DNA of 64,000 bases. It comes from Clytia hemisphaerica. Lineage: Eukaryota. The number at the start of each line of letters is the position of its first letter. Within the stretch, counting starts at the first letter, position 1. Positions 50,912 to 62,027 of the stretch are shown one piece after another. The stretch lies in assembly GCF_902728285.1 (NCBI RefSeq), contig NW_027104472.1:999681-1063680 (forward strand), in the 5' to 3' direction. Both the position numbers and the translations under genes were made by a program. Under the pieces are notes generated by a model that saw only the letters and a list, made by a program, of their open reading frames with translations, had not been told where the DNA came from and ran no database searches.

Positions 50912-51594
50912 GTATACGTTTTTTTTTTTAAGAAACACACTTTTAAGAAACATGAGGCTCAGAATGTCTAAAAACTAAGAAACATCTAAGAAACATGCTG
51001 AGGCTGAGAATGAGAAAATAACTAATTTTTTAATTCGTTTTTTTTAAGAACCTTCCAATCCAGCCTTTCATAAGGCTGATTATGTCAAAAAGTTTAGAAA
51101 CATGTAAGAAACATTTAAGGCTCAAAAGGCCGATTTCTTTAAGAAACATCGAGGCTGCTTGGTAAAACTAGTTCTTAAAAAAAAAAAAAACGTGTGTCAT
51201 ATTCAAATTAATAAGAGAAAGAAAGGAGGGGTGGTAAGATAAAACATGCAATCTTTAAAAACTAAAATAGATAATCAGTTGGTTTGAGACATTTTGCCTG
51301 TTGATTCCTTCCAAGGTTCTGAGCAAAACCTCTAAAAATTATTGTCTTTTTCAAAGTTGAGTTCCATTGTTTTCTTACTAAAACAAAAAAAACTTGTAAC
51401 TTATCTTGACTATATCATAAGACAAAAATTATATCTGAACCTGTAATATCATTCATTGTTTTTGAGTTTTTTGAATTTTGAATGCTTGTCATTTTTAAGG
51501 AGAAAAGTGAAAAGAATTGCCTTGGTGTTGAGGGAACATGCTAAAAAAATTTAAATATAATTTGTTTTTCATTTTTTCGATTTTTTTTTACAGT

Positions 51595-51711
51595 GATGTT
51601 CCACCGAAAGTGTTGGACGAATTTGTCACACAAGATTCAACAGCCACAGAACGCATCCAACAATTGAAGGAGTTTATCAAAAGACAAAGGAATGTTCAGC
51701 TAATTGACAAG
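51595..51711 (+). CDS. TEP1: TEP1-like exon 19
   Basis: (S)DVPPKVLDEFVTQDSTATERIQQLKEFIKRQRNVQLID. t10-acag acceptor, AA|GTAGGT donor. Confidence 0.65.
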
Positions 51712-51991
51712 TAGGTGCTCTACCAATTATCTGACACCGAATATAAAAATTTCCTTCAGACACGCTAAAGCATAGAAAGTCAAGCAATTTTTACATTTGA
51801 AAAATTTGGATTTTTGCAACCGGAGTTCTGAAACCCAAGCCCGCGTTTTTGAGGATTGTCGGACAATCTCAATCTCAAAAAATAACGCCAGTAAGGGCCG
51901 GCGTAAAATTTCCTGGGAAATCGATACTTACGGCCGGCGTAAAAAGGACGATAATGTACCATTTTGACCACCTATTTTCACAATTTTATAG

Positions 51992-52115
51992 TTACCCATG
52001 CAAGTATGGCGGAAAAGTTGATAACAAAGTTTACACAGCCGATCTAGAAGATTTTGGGAGATCTGTGCTAACAAGTGTTTGGGAGATCATCAAAACACAA
52101 TACATTGATACTCAG
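51992..52115 (+). CDS. TEP1: TEP1-like exon 20
   Basis: (N)YPCKYGGKVDNKVYTADLEDFGRSVLTSVWEIIKTQYIDTQ. caattttatag acceptor, GTAGGT donor. Confidence 0.65.
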
Positions 52116-52229
52116 GTAGGTGAAGGCGATGTTTTCAACGCATTGTAAATTAAGTTGTCACTTGTATACATGTACGGCTTCATAAGGTTTATTACAAGCC
52201 AAAATAGTTTGCTACTCAATTTTTGGACC

Positions 52230-54640
52230 TACCCCGGTGGAGGTCCTATAAATTAACCTTTGTCCGTCTGTCCGTCCGTCTGTCCGTCCGTCCGTTAGTT
52301 ACCAGCTTTTCTCGAGATTGGCTCATTAGTTTTTTCTGATTTTTTGCACAATGATGCAAAATGGCAATGCCCAAAATGTGACGGAGCCCGATTTTCGAAA
52401 AAAAATTTTGGGGGGCAAATTTGGGCCAAAAAACGGCTAAAAAACGGGTTTTTTGGACTTTGTGAAAAATTTTAATTTTTTCTGATTTTTTGCGCGAAAG
52501 TAGGGTACCATCATAGGTATAAGATGGTTCAAGCAGATTTTTGCAAAAAAATTTTGTTGGCCCAAAAAACGCACGTTTATCTATAAGAATCACTATTAAT
52601 AAGCATACATCGATGTTCTTAGTCAAATTACTCAATTTTTTTTATGAGATAGATGTTTTTTCTGCTCAAGAGGGCTTACTTTTGAAGAATTTGTGTGTTT
52701 TCGACAGGAAATTTGGGTTGCTTGGGCGTTTTTTATAGAAAAACTGGCCAAATTCGATATTTTTTTATAAGCACATTATCAATTACTTAGGTATTGGCTT
52801 TTCTCGAGATTGGCTCTTTTTTCTTTATGATTTTTTACACAAAGATGCATAACTATAAACCCTTGAATGTGACAGAACCTGATTTTCGAAAAAAAATGTT
52901 TTGGGCCAAAAAACGGCTAAAAAACGGCTTTTTTGGACTTTGTGAAAAATTGGATCATTAATTTTTTCTGATTTTTTGCACGAAAGTAGGGTACCATCAT
53001 AGGTATAAGATGGCTCAAGCAGATTTTTGCAAAAAAATTTTGTTGGCTCAAAAAACGCATGTTTATCTATAAGAATCACTATTAATAAGCATACATCAAT
53101 GTTCTTTGTCAAATTACTCAATTTTTTTTATGAGATAGATGTTTTTTCTGCTCAAGAGGGCTTACTTTTGAAGAATTTGTGTGTTTCGACAGGAAATTTG
53201 GGTTGCTTGGCGTGTTTTTATAGAAAAACTGGCCAAATTCGATATTTTTTTATAAGCACATTATCAATTACTTAGGTATTGGCTTTTCTCGAGATTGGCT
53301 CTTTCATTCTTTATGATTTTTTACACAAAGATGCATAACTATAAACCCTTGAATGTGACAGAACCTGATTTTCGAAAAAAAATGTTTTGGGGCAAATTTG
53401 GGCCAAAAAACGGCTAAAAAACGGCTTTTTTGGACTTTGTGAAAAATTGGACCATTAATTTTTTCTGATTTTTTGCACGAAAGTAGGGTACCATCATAGG
53501 TATAAGATGGCTCAAGCAGATTTTTGCAAAAAATTTTGTTGGCTCAAAAAACGCATGTTTATCTATAAGAATCACTATTAATAAGCATACATCAATGTTC
53601 TTAGTCAAATTACTCAATTTTTTTATGAGATAGATGTTTTTTCTGCTCAAGAGGACTTACTTTTGAAGAATATGTGTGTTTAGACATGAAATTTTGGTTG
53701 CTTGGCGTGTTTTTATAGAAAAACTGGCCAAATTCGATATTTTTTTATAAGCACATTATCAATTACTTAGGTATTGGCTTTTCTCGAGATTGGCTCTTTC
53801 ATTCTTTATGATTTTTTACACAAAGATACATAACTATAAACCCTTGAATGTGACAGAACCCGATTTTCGAAAAAAAATGTTTTTGGGCAAATTTGGGCCA
53901 AAAAACGGTTAAAAAACAGGTTTTTTGGACTTTGTGAAAAATTGGATCATTAATTTTTTCAAATTTTATGCATAAAAGTAGGGTACCATCATAGGTAAAA
54001 GATGGCTTAAGCAGATTTTTGCAAAAAAAATTTGATGGCTCAAAAAACGCATGTTTATCTATAAGAATCACTATTAATAAGCATACATCAATGTTCTTTG
54101 TCAAATTACTCAATTTTTTTATGAGATAGATGTTTTTCTTTTCTCACGAGTGTTTAGACAGGAAATTTTGGTTGTTTGGCATGTTTTTATTGAAAAACTG
54201 GCCAAATTCGATATTTTTTTATAAGCACATTATCAATTACTTAGGTATTCGATTGATTGGCTCTTTCATTTTCTACGATTTTTTGCATAAAGATGCATAA
54301 TTATAAACCCTCAATGTGACGGAGCCCGAGTTTTGGAGAAAAAAATTTTGGGGTATAGTTCAGCTAAAAAACGGCCATAAAAGGGTTTTTTGGACTTAGT
54401 GAAATATTGGACCATTGTTTTTTTCTGATTTTTTGTATGAAAGTAGATAAAAGATGGCTCAAGCAGACTTTTGTAAAAAATGAATTTTTCAGCTCAAAAA
54501 AAGCATCTTTATCAGTAAGAATCACTATTAATAAACATACATCAATGTTCTTAGCCAAATAACTCAATTTTTTGGAGATGTTTTTTTGCTCACGAAGTCT
54601 TGAATATGAAAGAACATTTCAAGAGCATGAAATTTTGGTT
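52230..54640. repeat. Tandem satellite, about 490 bp unit x5 (plus (GTCCGTCC)n at 52261-52296), in TEP1-like intron 20
   Basis: ttttctcgagattggctc recurs at about 52307, 52799, 53284 and 53779, with a diverged unit near 54250. Near-identical ORFs (MSNLTKNIDVCLLIVILIDK...) recur in each unit on the minus strand. Confidence 0.85.
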
Positions 54641-55079
54641 TCTAAACGTTTTTTTATAAGAAACAAACGACTAATTTTAATAGATCGTCACTATTTGTGT
54701 TCTGAATGATTGTTTAATGGTCACGTCACGTAGATATCAATTATAAACGTGTTAAATGCATAATCCAGGTAGGTCCATCAAAGTATCACTTGTTGAAGAA
54801 AAAATGATCAAAATTTGGTCGAAACAGAAGTTTTCCTCTTCTGTGTCAGATTTCCAAAAAATATTATTTAAAATGCTGTCTTAGGAGTCTCTTTTAAGCC
54901 CATGGAGCTGAGCCAAACTTAACTGAACCTATAAGAAAGGAGTATATTACACACGCTTTTTACTTAGCCCAGTAACCTTCAAGACAGTCCTTCAGATGTT
55001 TTTACGGGCCATCTATCCGGCTCGGCTATTTCTATGAACTGGACGGAATATTTGAAGAAGCGGGGACTCGAACTCGAAC

Positions 55080-58000
55080 AAGAAATCCTGAAGTAGGATT
55101 TAAAGTAGAGTTTCTTTAACTCGAACCTCTTTATAAATCGAATGTCTCCTTAACTCAAACAAGTTTTCTCATACCTGAGTTAGCAATGCCTTATGAAACT
55201 TACTCCATAACTCAAAATTTCCCTCACTCGAACAAATTCGTGTTCCTCGTGCTTGTTCGACCTATTGATACTGTATTCATTTTCTTCTATATAAATCGAA
55301 TGTCTCCTTAACTCAAAATTTCCTTCACTCGAACAAATTCGTGTTCCTCGCGCTTGTTCGACCTATTGATACTGTATTCATTTTCTTCTATATAAATCGA
55401 ATGTCTCCTTAACTCAAAATTTCCTCACTCGAACAAATCGTGTTCCTCGTGCTTGTTCGACCTATTGATACTGTATTCATTTTCTTCTATATAAATCGAA
55501 TGTCTCCTTAACTCAAAATTTCCCTCACTCGAACAAATTCGTGTTCCTCGTGCTTGTTCGACCTATTGATACTGTATTCATTTTCTTCTATATAAATCGA
55601 ATGTCTCCTTAACTCAAAATTTCCCTCACTCGAAAAATTCGTGTTCCTCGTGCTTGTTCGACCTATTGATACTGTATTCATTTTCTCTATATAAATCGAA
55701 TGTCTCCTTAACTCAAATTTCCCTCACTCGAACAAATTCGTGTTCCTCGCGCTTGTTCGACCTATTGATACTGTATTCATTTTATTCTATATAAATCGAA
55801 TGTCTCTTAACTCAAAATTTCCCTCACTCGAACAAATTTCGTGTTCCTCGTGCTTGTTCGACCTATTGATACTGTATTCATTTTATTCTATATAAATCGA
55901 ATGTCTCCTTAACTCAAAATTTCCCTCACTCGAACAAATTCGTGTTCCTCGTGCTTGTTCGACCTATTGATACTGTATTCATTTTCTATATAAATCGAAT
56001 GTCTCCTTAACTCAAAATTTCCTTCACTCGAACAAATTCGTGTTCCTCGCGCTTGTTCGACCTATTGATACTGTATTCATTTTCTTCTATATAAATCGAA
56101 TGTCTCTTAACTCAAAATTTCCCTCACTCGAACAATTTCGTGTTCCTCGTGCTTGTTCGACCTATTGATACTGTATTCATTTTCTTCTATATAAATCGAA
56201 TGTCTCCTTAACTCAAAATTTCCCTCACTCGAACAATTTCGTGTTCCTCGTGCTTGTTCGACCTATTGATACTGTATTCATTTTCTTCTATATAAATCGA
56301 ATGTCTCCATAACTCAAAATTTCCCTCACTCGAACAAATTCGTGTTCCTCGTGCTTGTTCGACCTATTGATACTGTATTCATTTTCTTCTATATAAATCG
56401 AATGTCTCCATAACTCAAAATTCCCTCACTCGAACAAATTCGTGTTCTCGTGCTTGTTCGACCTATTGATACTGTATTCATTTTCTTCTATATAAATTGA
56501 ATGTCTCCTTAACTCAAAATTTCCCTCACTCGAACAAAATCGTGTTCCTCGTGCTTGTTCGACCTATTGATACTGTATTCATTTTCTTCTATATAAATCG
56601 AATGTCTCCTTAACTCAAAATTTCCCTCACTCGAACAAATTCGTGTTCCTCGTGCTTGTTCGACCTATTGATACTGTATTCATTTTCTTCTATATAAATC
56701 GAATGTCTCCTTAACTCAAAATTTCCCTCACTCGAACAAATTCGTGTTCCTCGTGCTTGTTCGACCTATTGATACTGTATTCATTTTCTTCTATATAAAT
56801 CGAATGTCTCCTTAACTCAAAATTCCCTCACTCGAACAAATTCGTGTTCCTCGCGCTTGTTCGACCTATTGATACTGTATTCATTTATTCTATATAAATC
56901 GAATGTCTCCTTACTCAAAATTTCCCTCACTCGAACAAATTCGTGTTCCTCGTGCTTGTTCGACCTATTGATACTGTATTCATTTTATTCTATATAAATC
57001 GAATGTCTCCTTAACTCAAAATTTCCCTCACTCGAACAAATTCGTGTTCCTCGTGCTTGTTCGACCTATTGATACTGTATTCATTTTATTCTATATAAAT
57101 CGAATGTCTCCTTAACTCAAAATTTCCCTCACTCGAACAAATTCGTGTTCCTCGCGCTTGTTCGACCTATTGATACTGTATTCATTTTATTCTATATAAA
57201 TCGAATGTCTCCTTAACTCAAAATTTCCCTCACTCGAACAATTCGTGTTCCTCGCGCTTGTTCGACCTATTGATACTGTATTCATTTTCTTCTATATAAA
57301 TCGAATGTCTCCTTAACTCAAAATTTCCCTCACTCGAACAAATTCGTGTTCCTCGTGCTTGTTCGACCTATTGATACTGTATTCATTTTCTTCTATATAA
57401 ATCGAATGTCTCCTTAACTCAAAATTTCCCTCACTCGAACAAATTCGTGTTCCTCGCGCTTGTTCGACCTATTGATACTGTATTCATTTTATTCTATATA
57501 AATCGAATGTCTCCTTAACTCAAAATTTCCCTCACTCGAACAAATTCGTGTTCCTCGTGCTTGTTCGACCTATTGATACTGTATTCATTTTATTCTATAT
57601 AAATCGAATGTCTCCTTAACTCAAAATTTCCCTCACTCGAACAAATTCGTGTTCCTCGTGTGTGTTCGAGCTATTGATACTGTATTCATTTTCTTCTATA
57701 TAAATCGAATGTCTCCTTAACTCAAAATTTCCCTCACTCGAACAAATTCGTGTTCCTCGTGCTTGTTCGACCTATTGATACTGTATTCATTTTCTTCTAT
57801 ATAAATCGAATGTCTCCTTAACTCAAAATTTCCCTCACTCGAACAAATTCGTGTTCCTCGTGCTTGTTCGACCTATTGATACTGTATTCATTTTATTCTA
57901 TATAAATCGAATGTCTCCTTAACTCAAAATTTCCCTCACTCGAACAATTTCGTGTTCCTCGTGCTTGTTCGACCTATTGATACTGTATTCATTTTCTTCT

Positions 58001-58600
58001 ATATAAATCGAATGTCTCCATAACTCAAAATTTCCCTCACTCGAACAAATTCGTGTTCCTCGTGCTTGTTCGACCTATTGATACTGTATTCATTTTCTTC
58101 TATATAAATCGAATGTCTCCATAACTCAAAATTTCCCTCACTCGAACAAATTCGTGTTCCTCGTGCTGTTCGACCTATTGATACTGTATTCATTTTCTTC
58201 TATATAAATCGAATGTCTCCTTAACTCAAAATTTCCCTCACTCGAACAAATTCGTGTTCCTCGCGCTTGTTCGACCTATTGATACTGTATTCATTTTATT
58301 CTATATAAATCGAATGTCTCCTTAACTCAAAATTTCCCTCACTCGAACAAATTCGTGTTCCTCGTGCTTGTTCGACCTATTGATACTGTATTCATTTTAT
58401 TCTATATAAATCGAATGTCTCCTTAACTCAAAATTTCCCTCACTCGAACAAATTCGTGTTCCTCGTGCTTGTTCGACCTATTGATACTGTATTCATTTTC
58501 TTCTATATAAATCGAATGTCTCCTTAACTCAAAATTCCCCTCACTCGAACAAATTCGTGTTCCTCGTGTGTGTTCGAGCTATTGATACTTAATTGTATTC
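55080..58600. repeat. Tandem satellite, about 100 bp unit x about 34, in TEP1-like intron 20
   Basis: Unit cgaatgtctccttaactcaaaatttccctcactcgaacaaattcgtgttcctcgtgcttgttcgacctattgatactgtattcattttcttctatataaat, with periods of 99-101 bp. Related motifs also at 40740-40830 and 45420-45470. Confidence 0.9.
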
Positions 58601-58615
58601 ATTTTCATCCTTTAG

Positions 58616-58819
58616 AACAATGAGAATGTCGAAACAAGCACCTTGTCGATTGCAGACAAACACGTGACCTTTGCCAAAGAAAATGGCGACCAATTTGTCG
58701 GACGAAAGTCGTTATTAACCAAAGTATCCTCTCTGTTACATGACGAGTCTTCCGTCAGCGTCGGCAAAAACGTTGTCGGTATTGTCGGAAAAAGTGGATC
58801 CGGAAAATCAGCCTTTATG
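58616..58819 (+). CDS. TEP1: TEP1-like exon 21 (NACHT Walker A)
   Basis: NNENVETSTLSIADKHVTFAKENGDQFVGRKSLLTKVSSLLHDESSVSVGKNVVGIVGKSGSGKSAFM. P-loop GKSGSGKS. tcctttag acceptor, ATG|GTAAGT donor. Follows a 6.5 kb satellite-filled intron. Confidence 0.85.
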
Positions 58820-59163
58820 GTAAGTTGAAATGGAAACTCATTATGAGAACATGTGCATTTGTCGAATGGTTTTTTAGAGTCGATATATTTTACGTGGATA
58901 GCCCATTTAACTAGATTTTTTAGGCAGTCTTTCGATTGTTTTCACGGGGCCAACAGCCTCGGCTAACTAACTGAAAATAACATTGGAATAACCGAAATTT
59001 CGACCCATTGCTCCTTAAGTTGTTTGCTTTTTAAAAGAAAGATGGATATTTTCCAATATTGTTTTTCGTTGAGATGGTGTATTAAATAAGACAATCCCTG
59101 AAATATGTAGCATTCTACCAATCCTTTTAGTTTGACTGACCGTTGAGTTATCTTGTGTTTCAG

Positions 59164-59315
59164 GCCAAACTTGTGCAAAACATGAAAGTGCCCGCGTGTT
59201 GTTATTTCTCGGAGGCTGGTACCGAGTATCAACATTTGTCAGTCATGTTGAAATATATCTTTCATGAAATCAATACTGAATTTGATGTTGGAATGCCGTT
59301 ACCTGAAAACGAACG
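59164..59315 (+). CDS. TEP1: TEP1-like exon 22 (NACHT)
   Basis: AKLVQNMKVPACCYFSEAGTEYQHLSVMLKYIFHEINTEFDVGMPLPENE. tgtgtttcag acceptor, CG|GTAAGG donor. Confidence 0.8.
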
Positions 59316-59714
59316 GTAAGGCTTTTTAACAACTTTTTTCTGTGTTCCATTTTTCTTGGTCCACTTTCAACTTCTAAGTTCGAAGGATATATTAATTCAT
59401 CGTTTTCGGGGATACCTTTAGCGGGGGACTATATTTTCCCCAATACTGATTTATGGGCTAGCCAAATATGTTAATGCCAAACATATTGAAAAATGTCTCA
59501 CTCCAACTCTACCTCCCCTCTACCATGATGAACAAATTTGCAAATTAAATTGGATATTACTCAAGAAATGGTAGACCGAATTAAAACATTGCACGCTTAT
59601 ATTGAACAAACGTTATTTGAAACCCGCTAGGCTTTCATTTTGTGACTAAAAAGTATCGATCATATCTATGAGATTTTAACTCTATTTATTTTCATTTTTG
59701 CTCTTCCTTTTTAG

Positions 59715-59868
59715 TGAACAAAAAGTGCAATTTGAAAACTTGTTGAAATCTGTCTCAAAAGTGTTGAGGCGTTCGCATCGTTATTACATTTTCGTTGACG
59801 GGTTAGAGAGCATGGAGAAAGGGCGTTACGCCCATGTCTTGGATTGGATTCCTGATCGTATCCCGCAG
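59715..59868 (+). CDS. TEP1: TEP1-like exon 23 (NACHT Walker B)
   Basis: (R)EQKVQFENLLKSVSKVLRRSHRYYIFVDGLESMEKGRYAHVLDWIPDRIPQ. cctttttag acceptor, GTAAGA donor. Confidence 0.8.
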
Positions 59869-60017
59869 GTAAGAAGGTAAATTTATTAAGGAAAGGTAGG
59901 TAGCTTTCACAAGACAAACAAACTGATTGAATTCAGAAGTATTACAAATTTCAAAACATTTTTTGAGAAGGAAGATTAAAAAATTTTGTGTTCTCTTTGT
60001 TCTGATATAATAAACAT

Positions 60018-60403
60018 ATCTTTAACTAAAGTCTGTCTCAAAATAATTTGCAGCTGAGACAAAAATGGCTGTAACTTTTGATAGAATTCGAATCATGTTG
60101 CGGTTTTGTGCTCGTTAAAAAGATATTCGTGAGTGGAATATTATCAAGTAAAAAAATTTGGAGAAAAAAGGAAAATGAAAATGAAAAATGAAGAAGAAAA
60201 AAAATCAACTTCTTGTAGAAATGGGGTATAGTTACCATTTTCACAGGAGTAATTCTTCAATCTTAGATCATCATCACTGTTTTTTCAAAAAATTTCATTC
60301 AATCAAAAGATATCAAACAAAGTTTATTGCAACTTTTCTAATTCTATCAAAAGTTACAACCATTCTTGTCTCAGCTGCAAATTATTTTGAGACAGACTTT
60401 AAT
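60018..60403. mobile_element. Second copy of the 716-1430 foldback family (in TEP1-like intron 23)
   Basis: About 90% identity to 730-990 over 60030-60290, plus a shorter inverted arm at 60300-60400. Confidence 0.6.
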
Positions 60404-60498
60404 CATTATTTGATGTGTGCCTGGGCATATGCTTATAAGGATTATGCCTAAGTAAAATAAAAGAATCAGTATATAATATAACCATGTTTATTTTCCAG

Positions 60499-60681
60499 GG
60501 AATTTATTTAGTCATATCATGCTTGGAGAACGGACCTGTTTCCAGATTATTGAGTAATCATCAGCAATGCTTGGCGAACATTAAACTTGGTCCCATGGAA
60601 CATCCCGACCGCACTGTGTTTGTCAGAAACATTTTACAGAAGTATGGTAAAAGTCTGGATGAATCTCCCTTCAACAATCAG
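60499..60681 (+). CDS. TEP1: TEP1-like exon 24 (NACHT). Gene continues beyond window.
   Basis: GIYLVISCLENGPVSRLLSNHQQCLANIKLGPMEHPDRTVFVRNILQKYGKSLDESPFNNQ. The GKxL...FNNQ motif is typical of TEP1/NWD NACHT. ttattttccag acceptor, GTAGGA donor. Cumulative CDS to this point is 3921 nt, in frame. Confidence 0.8.
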
Positions 60682-61516
60682 GTAGGAATAGACCTTTTCA
60701 TAAATTAGTTACGCCACGAACATCACTTGAATATATATTTTCGCGGTAAACCCAGCAGGATAACCCTGATAAGAAAAATAATAGAAAAATAGATAAGAAC
60801 ATAAAAGCCGTGTGTTCCAGTAACTGAAATCTTCTTTGTCCACCGGATTTTCATTTTGCAGTTAGGTATTTTACGAAGAAATAGAGATATTTTGGTCTGG
60901 AGAATACTGAACTGTTAGTGATCGGGTAGCCTATACTAGACGTCACGGCTTTTTATTTACGCAGTAACGCCTATTCGGCTTTGCGACTTTTTCGAATGTT
61001 TCGAGCCCAGGTTTTAGAGCTCCAAACATTCGATTTTTTGACGTCACTTAAAACTTTTGAAGCCCTTGCAGTAGCGAAAAAATCGAATTTGCGTCAAAAC
61101 ACTTGAAAAGCTTCTATTTTTCAAAAATCGTCAAAGTGGAACTCAGAAAGAAACGAGATGAAAAATCCCAGTTTTTAGTGAGGTGCTCTCTAGTGATCGG
61201 GAGACAATAAAGGAACACGAAATTGAGTCGTTTGACCCTGAAGGAATATATTCTATAGTATCTGTATCTACCAAGTGCTATTTATATAATTATGGTGGAT
61301 ATATAGTGGTATATTGGTTGTGTTTTCTGTCCTTTTCATTCTTAACTTCAAATAACCGAGGGCAATATTGTCCAAATTTGGATCTAGAAAAGAAACTACT
61401 TCGAATTATTTGTAGTTCGAATAAATGAGGGATATTTTTCTCGAGTTGTGTAAGCAGACCCAAGAGGAAAACCATCTTTCAATACATGTTAGAACAAACT
61501 ATAAGAACATGCTAGC

Positions 61517-61795
61517 GACCGTAGCATGAAGGTAGAGCATCCAGCTACGGTGCGCAAGGTTGTGGGCTCGATCCCCAGCCGGGTCATACCAAAGATTCCC
61601 AAAATGGTACTTGATGCCTCTCTGCTTGATGCTTTAGCAACTAAAAAGACGGATCAAGGGTAAGTGGAGAAATCCAGGAAAAGGAGTGGGCCCTCCCCTA
61701 CCTTCGGGTAGACAGCTATACGAAAAGGGAGCCTTCGGGTCGCCCTCGACTGCGGTTGCAAACTTACTTACTTATAAAAACATTAAGAGTTCGAT
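61517..61795 (+). mobile_element. SINE copy (tRNA-like head + conserved body)
   Basis: Head GCGACCGTAGCATGAAGGTAGAGCA...GGGCTCGATCCCCAGCCGGGTCA. The body ggatcaagggtaagtggagaaatccagg...ccttcgggtagacagctatacgaaaagggagccttcgggt...acttacttactta is about 85% identical to 36930-37065. Confidence 0.55.
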
Positions 61796-62027
61796 AGCTA
61801 AAATGTTAAGAACAGGTTAAGAACATTTAAAGGCTCTTTGTACTCTAAAACACCTGATTTCTTAGGAAAATGGACAAAAATACTCACAAAATGGTGATCA
61901 TAAAAACATGTTAAGAACGTTTTTAGGCTTTAAAATAAAAAAGCTAAGAAAATCCAAAGGCTTCTAAGTTTGTAGATGTCAAACTTATTAAAAAACCTGC
62001 CTGCGAGGACTTGATTAAAGAAATATA

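Noticed and set aside
52246-54567. Recurring minus-strand ORFs MSNLTKNIDVCLLIVILIDK... (52246..52635, 52825..53121, 53414..53650, 53799..54113, 54364..54567)
   Set aside because: The same ORF recurs once per 490 bp satellite unit with decaying integrity. Most likely a repeat-derived pseudo-ORF rather than five genes. I cannot exclude that the satellite arose from a short gene.
55080-58600. About 100 bp tandem array as a possible CRISPR array
   Set aside because: Units abut one another with no unique spacers, and the whole unit is conserved. It is a eukaryotic satellite.
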